Positions 20,272-32,100 of a stretch of DNA of 64,000 nucleotides are shown here, piece by piece. The stretch comes from Catajapyx aquilonaris. Lineage: Eukaryota. How positions within the stretch are numbered: position 1 is the stretch's first letter; each line of letters begins with the position of its first letter. The notes under the pieces are model-generated. The model worked only from the letters and a program-made list of their open reading frames with translations. It was not told the DNA's origin and did not search any database. The stretch is from positions 1 to 64,000 of the forward strand of contig KZ538043.1 of the NCBI GenBank assembly GCA_000934665.2, given 5' to 3'. The translations under genes and the position numbers were made by a program.

Positions 20272-22294
20272 ATGTCCATCTTCATCCTCTTGCTGTTCTT
20301 AGTTGGTCACCAAATGAGTGTCCGGTGCCAGCCACATCCGGTTGGATCCGTCGCGTATTATGGACCTACCGAGAAAGGTAAATCCGGGTAAATCAGTACA
20401 GTATGTTAATGTACAAGTAGTAATTAGCATGTGTGTTATTATAGTAGTGACCAACAATCCTGAAGGGTCATCCAGCAGCCCGCAGTATTACGGACAAGGG
20501 TTTCAGGCGGCGGCCAGTTCAGCACATGGACACCATTCCGGACACTCTGGACATGGTCATCAATCCGGACACTCTGGTCATGCTGGACACTCCGGACACT
20601 CTGGACACGGCCATTCGGGACACGGTGCGCACCATCACCATTACCCGTATGGACGTAAGTACACACATGTCATGCACCTTACGACACTGTTGGTCACATC
20701 TAATCACTGCAGATTCGGGCTGGTCACACGCTGATTACGGTTATACCGGTGGAGGTCACAGCTACCCCGGGTCATACGGGTACGTTTGATCTGACCATAA
20801 TTATTGACTATAGTTATGTTGACATGAGAGTTGACCCTCACAATGCTAATATAGGTACGACTCTGGCTTCTACGGCACTTCGGGTACGTCGCAGTCAGCA
20901 GTGGGTCTACTCGGATTCGTTGCCCTCTTGACCCTTATCCAGGTAGGTCAACTGCCAGATTGACCCCGCCAATATATTATGTGTGCGCTACTGGAAATTC
21001 ATTTCACAAGTAGGAACAGTATGAAATCGTATGACACACCTTGTCACTGTTGAGTCATCAACATTTTTGTCGTATGAATATGTCCATCTCTACATATATT
21101 TTATATAAATCAGAAAGTTTGTACCAGTACGTATGTCACGGCTACCTAACCCACTTTCAGACTACTGAGTGCTGGCACATAGATGTCTTACTGCCGCTGA
21201 TTCAGGGAAAAGTCCGAAAACGGCATTTTTTGGGGATTTTAAATGCCCAAAATTTATTTATTGTCGTATGAACGGCCATACTTAATTATTGCAGAACGCT
21301 CTGGGCCACATTTGGAACACGTCAAACCCGATGATGAATGGTCGTCGTAAGCGTAACCTGGAAGACCTGTCCTCCGACGCTCCTTTGACCACATTAACGA
21401 CACTGGTCTTGCCCCTTGGGGTACGGTACATTGCTACACATACATGCACGGCAAAATTATCCCATGTTAATTCCGCCCCCCCATTATTTTGGGACAGGAG
21501 AAGTACGCAGTGGGGCAGGGATGGCATCTGAATAAGGTCGACTGCGCCTTGAAAGAGATCTGCCAGGCCAACCGCAACATCATGGACCGTAAATTGGGAC
21601 GACTCTTTGGGTATGTTTACTACACACGTGTTACACAACAACTCTTTTTTTTCCCCCCCCTAGTGGAAGATAATTTTGGATAAGGGGGGTGGACAAAGTG
21701 CCAGTGGAGTAGTAAGGGGAACTATGTCACAGGCAGCCAAGGCCCGTTAGCTCAGTTGGTTAGAGCGCCGTGCTGATAACGCGGAGGTCGTGGGTTCGAC
21801 CCCCATGCGGGCCAAAATGGTCTTTTTTTAGGTTTTACAACCTAGTTTTCAATTTTAATATTTTGGATGGAACCTAATACGTAAGTGAATGTGATGCCAC
21901 ATGAAACATATGGATGCTCAGTGAACATTAAATAGAAGCAAACCACTTATTGAGGGCCAGTTTCACCGAGCTCGGTATATGATAAAACCAGGTTTCTTTC
22001 TGAAAATCCATACAAAATTGTATGGATTTTTTAGAAGGAAACGTGGTTTTATCATATACCAAGCTCGGTGAAACTGGCCCTGAGCCATCTTTGCATATCC
22101 ACCACACACTGGATCAGATGTGCATAAGAATTAATGAGACAAAATTATTTTCCAGACAGCTTGTATCCAGTTGTGCTGCCGTAACAGACACAGACATCAA
22201 CCTCCAGAAAAAGATAACAATGGCAAGAGATGCAGGCAAGAGCGGGTTCGACTGTACCAAAATGTTCTCCAGGTGCAGGTCTCTACCACCATGA
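20272..22294 (+). CDS. Secreted His/Gly/Tyr-rich protein with furin site and C-terminal DM4/DM12-like Cys domain (putative cuticle-associated); exons 20272-20377, 20445-20654, 20713-20779, 20855-20942, 21295-21420, 21498-21610, 22156-22294; 282 aa
   Basis: Seven GT-AG exons join into one open frame. The protein has signal peptide MSIFILLLFLVGHQMSVRC, (GHS)n repeats, a Gly/Tyr-rich block, hydrophobic VGLLGFVALLTLIQNAL and RRKR. It ends in 'DCALKEICQAN...ARDAGKSGFDCTKMFSRC', the C-x5-C...A-x3-G-x4-C-x3-F-x2-C pattern recalled for the DM4/DM12 family. Confidence 0.8.
21741..21814 (+). tRNA. tRNA-Ile, anticodon GAT (21775-21777), intronic
   Basis: 74-nt cloverleaf with acceptor GGCCCGT/GCGGGCC plus discriminator A, D-stem GCTC/GAGC, anticodon stem CCGTG/CGCGG with loop CTGATAA, and T-arm GTGGG-TTCGACC-CCCAT. 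A box and B box are intact, and a T7 Pol III terminator lies at 21823-21829. Confidence 0.93.
21954..22080. mobile_element. PIF/Harbinger (Tourist-like) MITE, 127-bp near-perfect foldback
   Basis: GGGCCAGTTTCACCGAGCT ... AGCTCGGTGAAACTGGCCC flanked by the 3-bp TSD TGA on both sides. Confidence 0.88.
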
Positions 22295-24211
22295 CATGTG
22301 CATGCAACAACATAGGGCAGTTAAAAATGAAATAAAAACATGGTAATCTACAAAACACAAGAAAAGCAACCTCATCTCATTTCCTCTTTAATTACAATTA
22401 ATTTTGACAAATCTCATGACGTCACAATAGTGTGAAGAGGGAGTAACCAGGCAAGTTATCCTTTTTTTTGTTTGTTTAAAAAAGACCATAAAAAATATTC
22501 CGAACGTACCAGCGGAGCTACCAGGAATATGCTGGCATAAATTACCTCGGTTACAAACATCAAAACTGTACAAGGGACAACACTTACTGATTCTGCAGCC
22601 CTTAAAGCGGGTATTACACCACTTAGATTTAACAAGGTCCAGAAGTCTGGCCAGTAACCTATGCATAGAGACAACATTACGTTGCCAAGGTCGCCAGTTC
22701 TGTACCCAGTTATTGCTAAAATAAAACCAGGAACACATTACTGAGATGTGTCCAAGTTGCGAGTTGCATGTCTAAATCTAAGCGGCAAAATACTTGCTTT
22801 ACTGCTGAGTTACGGGGGCGAACAGGGTGAAAAAATTGCAATGCTGATGGGGGGTGAGACTCGTATTTTTATGAATTTGTACACTCACACCTATGACTTG
22901 TATTGGCGCACTCTTGATTTGCCTTCCATCGCAGGCGGTTTCTAATTGCTGGGAACTTACATTTCGCTAAAGTCAGTATCTTGGCAATTATTACTGGATG
23001 CCAAAAATTAAAATCAAAAACCAACAAAATTGAAAAGCAAAATATCAGTGTGACGAGGTATCAAAGTAGCACCAGAAGGGAGTTTTTTGGTGTACTTTTC
23101 CTGGGTAAAGCAGTGACATACACTATCATAATTTGATTGTTTGAGCACACTTTTTATGCATTTATTTCATATTTAAAAGCATGGGGGGGGGGGTGCGTAC
23201 CATATGTAACAAGGAAGACAACTACCCTTCCGGTGCTCATCAGGGAGAGATTGACCCATAATTTGTAATTTCCTATGTATTTTTTTTTTTGTATCTGTAC
23301 TACATTAACAAATACACGTACCCATACGCACACACTCAAATGGTACTCACTAGTTTACAATGCTGCTGTTGTTGCTGCGATTTCAAAAAACAAAAAAAGT
23401 ACAACATATTGGTTGTCACTTTTGGCATCATGAGATGCATCTACTAATTATACACTTTTTATCCTTCTTAAAGCAAATTGTGCCTCTACAAAATTTCAGC
23501 GAGTTTACATGATGATAGCAGATGGAAGTTACTTTTACCTGTCCATTTTTTTTTGTTCCTTTACAGGAGTGGTTACAAGATAAGGGAAGATGACACACAT
23601 AAGAACCTGGCATACTTTGTCAGGTGTTCCAAATATCTCTCTCTCATAAAGGGGGTTTGGCATCGTGATTTTGTCAACTTGATGCACTTGCGCACGCTCA
23701 CTCTCACACACACTCACACAATGGCTCATGGTGTCACTTATTATTCAGCGCTGTGTCTTGGTGACAAGAGTTTTTCAAGACCAGAGAGAACAGGAGTTAA
23801 CTAGCACTTCAGATCCTTTTTTTTGAACACGTCACTATAAGGTTCACTGGACTTTTCCTGCTCCATTCATTAGTGCTGGAGGGTAGGGGGAGGGTCACTA
23901 CGCACAAATCAGCACACACATGTCCTGTCAATAAATCAAACAATAAAAAAATAAGGAACATAGATCAGGTGGTAGTCATGGGAAATGTTAACTTGGGCAT
24001 GTGTGTTTGATGGCAAGAAATGCAGTCAAAATGCAAGGTGCAGTCCATGGTGTCAAAAAAGGTCTCTCTAAAAGGACTGCTCTTGCAAAAAAAATAATAA
24101 ATCGGGAAAACAAAGGTAAAAGTCTCTTAGTAGTTTTCCAGTGCACACGAAATTCCATCCTTCCGTTTTCTTTAAACTCCTCTGTTGTCATTTCTTGTGG
24201 TTTTACAATTG

Positions 24212-27200
24212 TTACCGTCGATCTCGGTAGAGGAGGTAATCCTTCATGGGCTGTGGGAGGTTGAGCTCGTTGATTCGATCCAGGTGGTGCTTCCCTATGC
24301 GCTGGCGGATCACTCGCCTGCACAGGTCCACTAGCGGGAGGGGTTCAGCTGCAAAGTAAGGGATAAATTAAAACTTAGGTAAGACATTATTATTAGCCCT
24401 AATTTTGGTGTTAAAATACGTGAAGACATTCACAAAGTCAACTTCCTTTAGATATGAAAACCTCCGGACAGCCTAGTTTATGAACATTTAACGCATGAAA
24501 ATGATATGCAACCCTTTCCAGTTTGTCAGATGTTTACACTTTTGGAAGAAAATATCACATGACCTCTCCTGATGTTTGTTCAACTTGAGATTCCAGAGAC
24601 AGTACTTTACCCAACCTTGTCATGTGATGTAGTGGCAGACTATTGCAATGATGAAATAACAATAACCTACACACCACTATACTTTTATGGTCTATTTGCC
24701 AATTCCTTTATCTGGTCTGACACCTGTAACTATGCAACAAATAATCACGACTATTTCTCAAATCAGATATTTTCCCCTTGTCATGGTGAACGATATCTAT
24801 TAACCAATCACTTTCCTCAGAAATGTCAATCACATCAGTTGCCTGTCCCTCTAGCCTTCATTTCCAAATCACAATCACATATAGAATGCATTCTCCACCT
24901 GCTTGCTACAGTGTACAAAATCTTGCAACACAACTTTGCCATTGACAGAGACCAGCCCCCGGACACTCCCCCTACAATCAGTTCTTATCCCCTGACGGGG
25001 AGTTTTGCGGGAGGTGCTCACTTGAGAGCTCCTGTCATTGATGTGAATACATGTGGCAACCCTAAGGGACAGCGCTGAACTCACGTAGAAAGAGTTGGTC
25101 AAAATTAAGAATCTCATACAAGTATTACTCATATGAGATTCTTAATTTCCACCAATTATGAGAGCGCTTGTCTCTGATGTAAACACATGTGGTGACTCGC
25201 ATGAGATTCTTAATTTTGACTGACTCTTCTCTTCTACCAAAGTTCACCACGGTCCGGTAGGGTCGCCACATGTATTCACATCAATGACAGGGGCTCTCAA
25301 GTGAGCACCTCCCGCAAAACGCCCGGTCAGGCAATAAGAGGGAGTGACCAGACCTTATTATTCTAAGGCCACGACAGAGACATAGTCCCTTCCTGCGATT
25401 TATGCCAGTATGTCAAAGCTTCATTTTGCGATACTGAAAAATTCATCCGCTTGCTGCAAACCTGCCATCCTCATATTCCCATGATGAGGTTGTAAAACTC
25501 AAATGGCAAATAACCAACTGTGTAATAATCTGCTGTCCAGGTTTTTGGCATTGGTCAGTGAACCCTTACCCATGCAAACTGACCTCAAAATAGGTTAATT
25601 CCCCCAACCCCTTGCCTTATTTCATCTGTCCAGCAATTCCCCCAGTACCACCCCCATACACCCACCCTCTGGATTCCACACTACCAATCAATGCAGCCAT
25701 CGATCCAGCCCTAAAATATCCTGTGTTCTGCATGCAAAATGGGGGGGAAGTCACATGCGGTAGGAGTTGGCAAGGGAAACCCGCTGAGAGTGACTCAACT
25801 TTCTCTGGTATTTCTCCAGCAAAAATTAAAGTGACTGGCCCTCCAGTAAATGGGCACTAATGCTAATCACAACTTTGGAACAGGAGTCAAATGCAAGTGA
25901 GGGACAGAAGAAACAATGGGACGAGTTAAGCACAGGCTTCATCCCCTAATTAGCAAATGCCTTCTCCCCCCTTTTCTTCCACTAAAAAAACCGAAGGGAG
26001 ATGATGAGTAACCCTCGTTGGCTCAACCACTGCTTCTACTAGGCTTTCTAGTAATCAATATCCCCCCACCCACCCACCCACGCACACCCTCCCCCCGAAA
26101 AGGCTTTTACCCTCTGGGGCGAATCAATAAGTTCCTTCTCTTGTTTTTCCAAACCCCACCCCAGCATCACCAGGATAGTGCACATGCAAAAAAAAAAAAA
26201 AAAAGGGTGCAAAAGAATTTGGCAGAACTTACGGTCCAATCCCCCAATGTATTTCATGGTGATTTCACAGTGGCCCCATACAGCACTCACTATCGGGTGA
26301 AGCTTCTTGCCCTTGAGGCCACGGAAGGCCACTCCTAAGTACTGGCCATCCACCACAAATGATAGGGTGCCTTCATCCATGTCCAGAACAACTGAAATAT
26401 CAAGAAAAAATATGCGTAACCTTTGCCATTTCAATAGTATAACAATGGTTCATTCCACAGACAAGGTTCACTTGGCATTGAGAGTGTAACAAATGAAGCA
26501 GTGACAGAACAAAAAAGCACACACAATGGAATGCCCACAGGCCAAGACATTATCACTGAATACTGATAAAACTTAAAATTTCCTTTAGCCAATGCAAGAT
26601 GCATTGCAAATCCTTTCTCATTTATTCCTGCACAACTGCAACGTGTTTATCAATGAGACTGATAATAGAAGCCAAAAACATTTCCACAGTTCCTATCGCA
26701 TGCATTACAAGAAACCATTAAAGATGAGCTGTGCTATGAAAAAAAGAGTAAGCTAATTACCAAGGAAGGTATCCGGCACAACAAAGGTCTCATCAGGCTT
26801 GAGCAGTGCTGGGTAGGTGATGCCTGCGTTGTTTTTGGAGTCGTGGTAGAGCTTGTTCCTCCCCAAGTCCCATCCCCACGAGTGATCATTGCTACCAACT
26901 AGGCTCTGGTATCCCACTGAATGTAAGGGAGCATCTTGAGTAGCCACTCCAACAACAGCATGGGTTCCTCTCTGGCGAGTGGACCAGTGGATCTCCCACA
27001 CATGGAGGCCCTTCGTGAACCCTAGCTTTCCCCTGATGCAGTCTGTGCTCTGGGCCACTGGATGCCTGTGGAATGTCAGCTTGTCGTCGTCCTGCAAAAG
27101 GTCAATAAGAATCTGGTTCAAGAGCTGCACCTCCCCTTTATGCCAATGTCATAGCTTTAATTCTAGCTAAAGTTTCTAATTACTCTCAAACAATGGAGGG

Positions 27201-28036
27201 ATTAAGCTAGTCTGATTCCACTGTAATCATACACTTACAAATGATTAATCACAAGTAATTAAAGGTTGCTTTCATTAATGAGTTCCTAAGTGAGCATGAT
27301 GTTAATTCTTGCACTGATGTGTATTTATGCAATACAAACCATATGCATTTATTCATCAGAAACATGTGAAATAAACAAGTCATAAACATAAATCAACTCC
27401 CTCTTCTCTTAACATCATCATCAGCAACTTAATAATGGCAGAGTACCACAAATGAGTACACCAGCGCTAAGGCATGTACTGTTATTGGCAGATGCCATGG
27501 TTGAAACAGACATGTGGACAGCTGCCACCATGATGACAACTTCCCTGCCATTGCCCTGGTTCTAAATGAAGTGTGCTCACACATGTATCTCACATGCTTG
27601 TTGGTTGTAACTGAGATGTTACAGTCATCACTTCAAGTGACTATCCACCATGCACTCAACAGTTCTTGGGTGTTCTGGTATGCAAATGCAACAGAATTAA
27701 TAATCACCTTGACGAATATGTTGAGTGATCTGTCCTCCGAGTTCCATGCGTGCTTCAGCTGGCACTCCTTGCTGGCTGGGGGCATGTCCAGCAGGATGTC
27801 CAGTCGTGCAGGTCTAGCAAAGTCCTGCGCCAGCTCCTTGGGAATGACGGGTTTGTATGGCTGTGGACTGTCCCGATTGACGGTTTTTACTCCTCCTGCA
27901 AAGAAGGAGTACACTACTTACCAAAATTTGCACTTTCCACTCTGATCTAGACATCATGCAGTGACCCCCCCCTTCTTAAGATCTACTCATCTCCACGGCA
28001 CTTCCACTCACCTGACACCTTCTGCCCCATATTCAT
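24212..28036 (-). CDS. gus: Gustavus / SPRY domain-containing SOCS box protein (SPSB1/4 orthologue); exons 28036-28012, 27895-27708, 27091-26761, 26391-26233, 24348-24212; 279 aa; possible N-terminal extension to the acceptor at 28232
   Basis: [14 protein letters not shown]...[11 protein letters not shown]...[35 protein letters not shown]...[11 protein letters not shown]...[13 protein letters not shown]...[10 protein letters not shown]...[13 protein letters not shown], followed by SOCS box [15 protein letters not shown]...[11 protein letters not shown]. Confidence 0.96.
24983..25339. mobile_element. Foldback MITE with ~150-bp inverted arms in the last gus intron
   Basis: TCTTATCCCCTGACGGGGAGTTTTGCGGGAGGTGCTCACTTGAGAG... 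mirrors ...CTCTCAAGTGAGCACCTCCCGCAAAACGCCCGGTCAGGCAATAAGA. Confidence 0.85.
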
Positions 28037-29129
28037 CCCCCGGCTTCGCGTCCGGCAATGCTGCAAGTAACTCGCTTTGGTTGGTGGTAGGGTGGACTTG
28101 TAGTGATGGCGAAGCTGTTCCCTGGAATCCAGGGTGCTCTGGGTGTAGCGAGAGGACCTGCACCCGCTCGGTGCCGACTGGCCCCCACCCCCTCCCAGCT
28201 GCCTTGTGTTGTAGGTCACTCTGCACTTGTACCTGCAAGGGGAACAGAGCACACTCAATGCAGCAGGTCCGTCTTGGTGCAACCAGGACAATGCCTGTGG
28301 GAAAACCTCTTATCTTAGGAGTGATACACACGCCACTTATGTCCCTTGCTCAACTGCCATGTGGTAATGAACCCATCTGCACTCACATGTTTGTTTAGGT
28401 AAATGCTCGTGACCCACCCAACATGCTACCTGCATTACACAACAAGGCCATGTGCACACACAACAGATTACTCTTCATTACACTGTCTACATGCCAATGA
28501 CCCAAAACACTGCTCAGACAGAATTGTACTCCACCTACTACTCAGCCAGGCCCCAAGCCAGAGAAGAATGCCCTCCAAGCCCTCTCTCTAGCCACTCTGT
28601 ACAGACAGCCCAACTTTGACCCCTCTCATCAAGAGTACTGACTTCCTTATTCACTCTTTCTTACTTCCCTGGCACATTCCAGAACCAAAGGGGCTTTCAT
28701 TGCCCGCCAGGGACACAAGGCATTCTACGTATATTCCCAAGTGCTCCTCCTCTTTCCGTACCCGCCAGGAAGAAAAATCTCCACCCACTAAACCCTTTTC
28801 GCTGTCACTCACAAATTCTAAAAGGTATTGGGCCGGATTTTTGGGGTGGAGGGGTTTCTGGCAATCTTAAGTGACTAGCCTGGCATGACTCCTCATCATC
28901 CTAGCCAGGAATGATTCACTCACATTATCGGCCAGCCATTTGACGCCTCCCCCCTCCTGATCCAAATTTCTGTTTCCAACCCTAGCCCCTTCTGTCTTCC
29001 CCTCCGGATCGATTTGACCCTCTTTCTCCATCACCTCCAAAAGCTCTTTCCCTTCCCAACTCAAATCCACCCCACATCCCCAAAAAACACCCCCCCTGGA
29101 CGGGAGGATACCACAGCTCTTTCCCCCCA

Positions 29130-29172
29130 NNNNNNNNNNNNNNNNNNNNNNNNNNNNNNNNNNNNNNNNNNN
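29130..29172. other. Assembly gap (43 N) at a poly-C tract; further Ns at 30738, 31863-31868 and 59962
   Basis: N characters in the sequence, each embedded in a C homopolymer. Confidence 0.97.
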
Positions 29173-32100
29173 CCCCCCCCCACTTACGACGCTCTTGCTG
29201 TAAAAATAACTTAACTGCATGTCTGCCGAATCAAGGGCATGCTCCCGATTTGAATATAATGCTAGGAAAAGATATCCCTATAGCGATATTCCGCACCCCA
29301 TCATCCCTGACATGCCCTTGTCACATAAAACAATAACAATTGTTCCTCAAAAAAATGTACTGTCCACTACTTTGCATTATCGGCATGTGGCCAAAAAACT
29401 CGTAACTCCGCCCATTTCAAGTCGGACATTGCGCGCGCATAGCCACGCCCATTTTAAAGTCGGACGTTGCGCACGATTCCGCACGCACATTTTTTTTCAA
29501 GTTTTCCCATGCCCTATGACGACAACCGGCGACCCAGGTAAGGTAACCATCCCGGCAATCAACAAAGTCAAGGTTTAGAAAGTAAAAGGCTGGAGGAAAA
29601 AAAACGTCCATCCCATACATTTTCCCATGACGCGGGTCGAGGTGGAGGTCACTCGCAAGGAGAGTATTTTTGCCAACATTCTTGTCCTTCGAAGCAGCCT
29701 AATTGGCAAGGATACAACCTGGCGCCTCCGCCAAAGCAGCGCAGCAAAAGCTCCCGTACCAGCCCCCTCCGGTGTAAACAAAAACATAATCGGGCAAAAC
29801 AAGGCAGGCACCGAATCCACATCAATATTTGCGACACATCCCCTCCCTTCGGCTACGAAAAACTGCAGGAAAAATGAGATCAGATTTATCACAACAATCC
29901 GTCGCCGGACCTTGGGCCGCCTTGTTGGCACACCGCAATTGCTCATATGCACAACCTTGATGCACTTTTTTTATGCACATTTGCCAATCATTCTGTTCGC
30001 TCTGCACTAAAAATAAGTAGCTCCCATTTGCATTGTGTATAGCGTTATCGGCAGGCTCCATCAAGATCAACGACCTTTAAAAACCACCCTTTAACGTTAA
30101 AAAAAAAAAAAAAAAATCCCGTTCTGGGCGTTTTAATGGCCGGCAATAAATCCCATTGGCGAAAACTTTGGACCGTAGTTTCATCCCACCAAAGTTTCGC
30201 ACTAGAGGGAGTCCCAAGTCGGTGGAGCGAACAAAGGAACCCGGCAGACACGAAATTTTTTTTGGAGGTCACTAGACCACCGACCCTGGCGTCCCATGGC
30301 AAGGCCAAAATTGGGAAGCGTCCGGGGGTCCTCCCCCGGGAACAGGTCACCGAACCCGGCTTAAATATTTTTAAAAAAATCGCCCTTTAAAGCTCCTAAG
30401 CATGCGGATCTTATGGCTCGAGTCCATCCGGTTTATTCCCCAACAAGGAGGCCGTTACAGTTGTAGAACTTGATGGGCTCGTTTAGCCAGCAATGGACCA
30501 GAAGAAAACCCCAGTGGCCGTTGCAAGACTTTGTTGAGGGAAAATTTTTCGGGGGTTGCGACCTCCAAGGCCAACTTGGGCGAGGTGGAGGACGTTCAAT
30601 GCCAGAACTGGCCCCTCGCACATATCCTCTCTAGTTCCAACTTGGCCCATGCTTGGGGTACCATTTTAGCCCCGCCAGCAAAGTGGGTCACACACATCCC
30701 TTCCCCAGCAAAAACTCTCTGGGTACGGCCTCCCCCCNCCCCCAAAAAAAAAACAACCATGAAAAGAGCTTGTAGACAAAGGAAAAAGATGGCTCCGAGG
30801 CACTTTTCCACACATCCCCTATCCCTCAGAAAATGCCATTATGTCCCCCTCCTCTTGGGTCCCTCGGTGGAAACATTTTGCTGGGGCGGATGTCGAACCA
30901 TTCTCCAGGGTGCAAGGAATGTCTCGACCGTTGGAAAAGGATCCCGTAGAAAGGGATCCCCCTCCCAAGACGCTCCCTAGGGAAAAAGGTCCGTTCCAAA
31001 AGCCCCAGTCTTTGTCCACCAAAATGTGGAAAATGGCCACGTGCATTTGCAAGCTAAGGACGATGGAGAGTGAGGAAAAAAACAAAAACTCACGTGCAAG
31101 CATGCGGAAGAGATGTGCGTGCAAAACACGTTGCGTAACACCCTTCAAAAATATACCGGCCGCACTGGCAATTTCCACACATAACGTGACCTTTTGGGCC
31201 ATGCACCGATGCAGGTACAGTCGCCAACAAAGATGTTGATAGTACATTCCACGTGGGGCTCTTCCGGTCAGCTGACATATTTGGATTTACTGCACAAGTG
31301 TGTTAAATCCGCCATTTTGTCGGAACTGTATTGCAATTTCAAATGGCATCAGTATATTTCCTTCCTCACACCCCTGCAACCCCCCTGAGGTGCGTTCGAA
31401 GAACAACAAGGTGGAGGCTCCCTTTGTCTTGTTTGCTGGGCGAGTGGAAGAACACGTCAAAGCAGTGAACCTTGAACGTTTCATGGTCACTACAACAGCC
31501 CGTTTCCAATAACACCAAGTTGAAGGGCAGGCAGGTAAGGGCGGAGGAAAGGCCCTGGCAAAGCCGCAAAAAATATGTTTTAAAAAAAAGGAGCCCACGC
31601 TAAGAACTGACTTTTGGTTCCAAAAACTGATACGCAACCGGGTTGAAAGTCCCATCTGAAGACGACACTATATCTTGTCCAAATAGCACGAGCACGTGCC
31701 CTTCGACTCTTCCTGTTTAGACCTGCATTGTTTATCTGACACATACGCAAGGGCGACAATAGTGTCGCCACGAACTTTCTCGTGGAGGCCGAACCGCAAC
31801 GTAAACAACGGTGTGGCTCAAAAATTAATTCCCACAAATTGAGCAATTAGCCCCCCCCCCCCNNNNNNCCCCCCCATTCAAAAGAATGTGGACATATCAC
31901 TATTCAAATGTGTGGCCCAACTTTACTCCCCATTTTGGCGACTCCTCTTCACCATTTAAGTATCGACCCCATCAGACCAATCAGCCTCACGCTTCGGCGA
32001 CGAAATTTGCTCCGACAGGACACACACGCAAACCCCATCGATAAAACGATGAATCACACACAGCTTGGAAATAACACCATGTCAGCATTGATTTTTTTCT

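Noticed and set aside
21741..21814. Bacterial or organellar origin (HGT or contamination) of the GAT tRNA
   Set aside because: The body resembles eukaryotic tRNA-Ile, there is a Pol III terminator and no adjacent rRNA or tRNA-Ala, and it is embedded in a spliced gene.
24572..25078. 168-aa plus-strand ORF in the gus intron
   Set aside because: AT-rich intron sequence running into a MITE; no domain.
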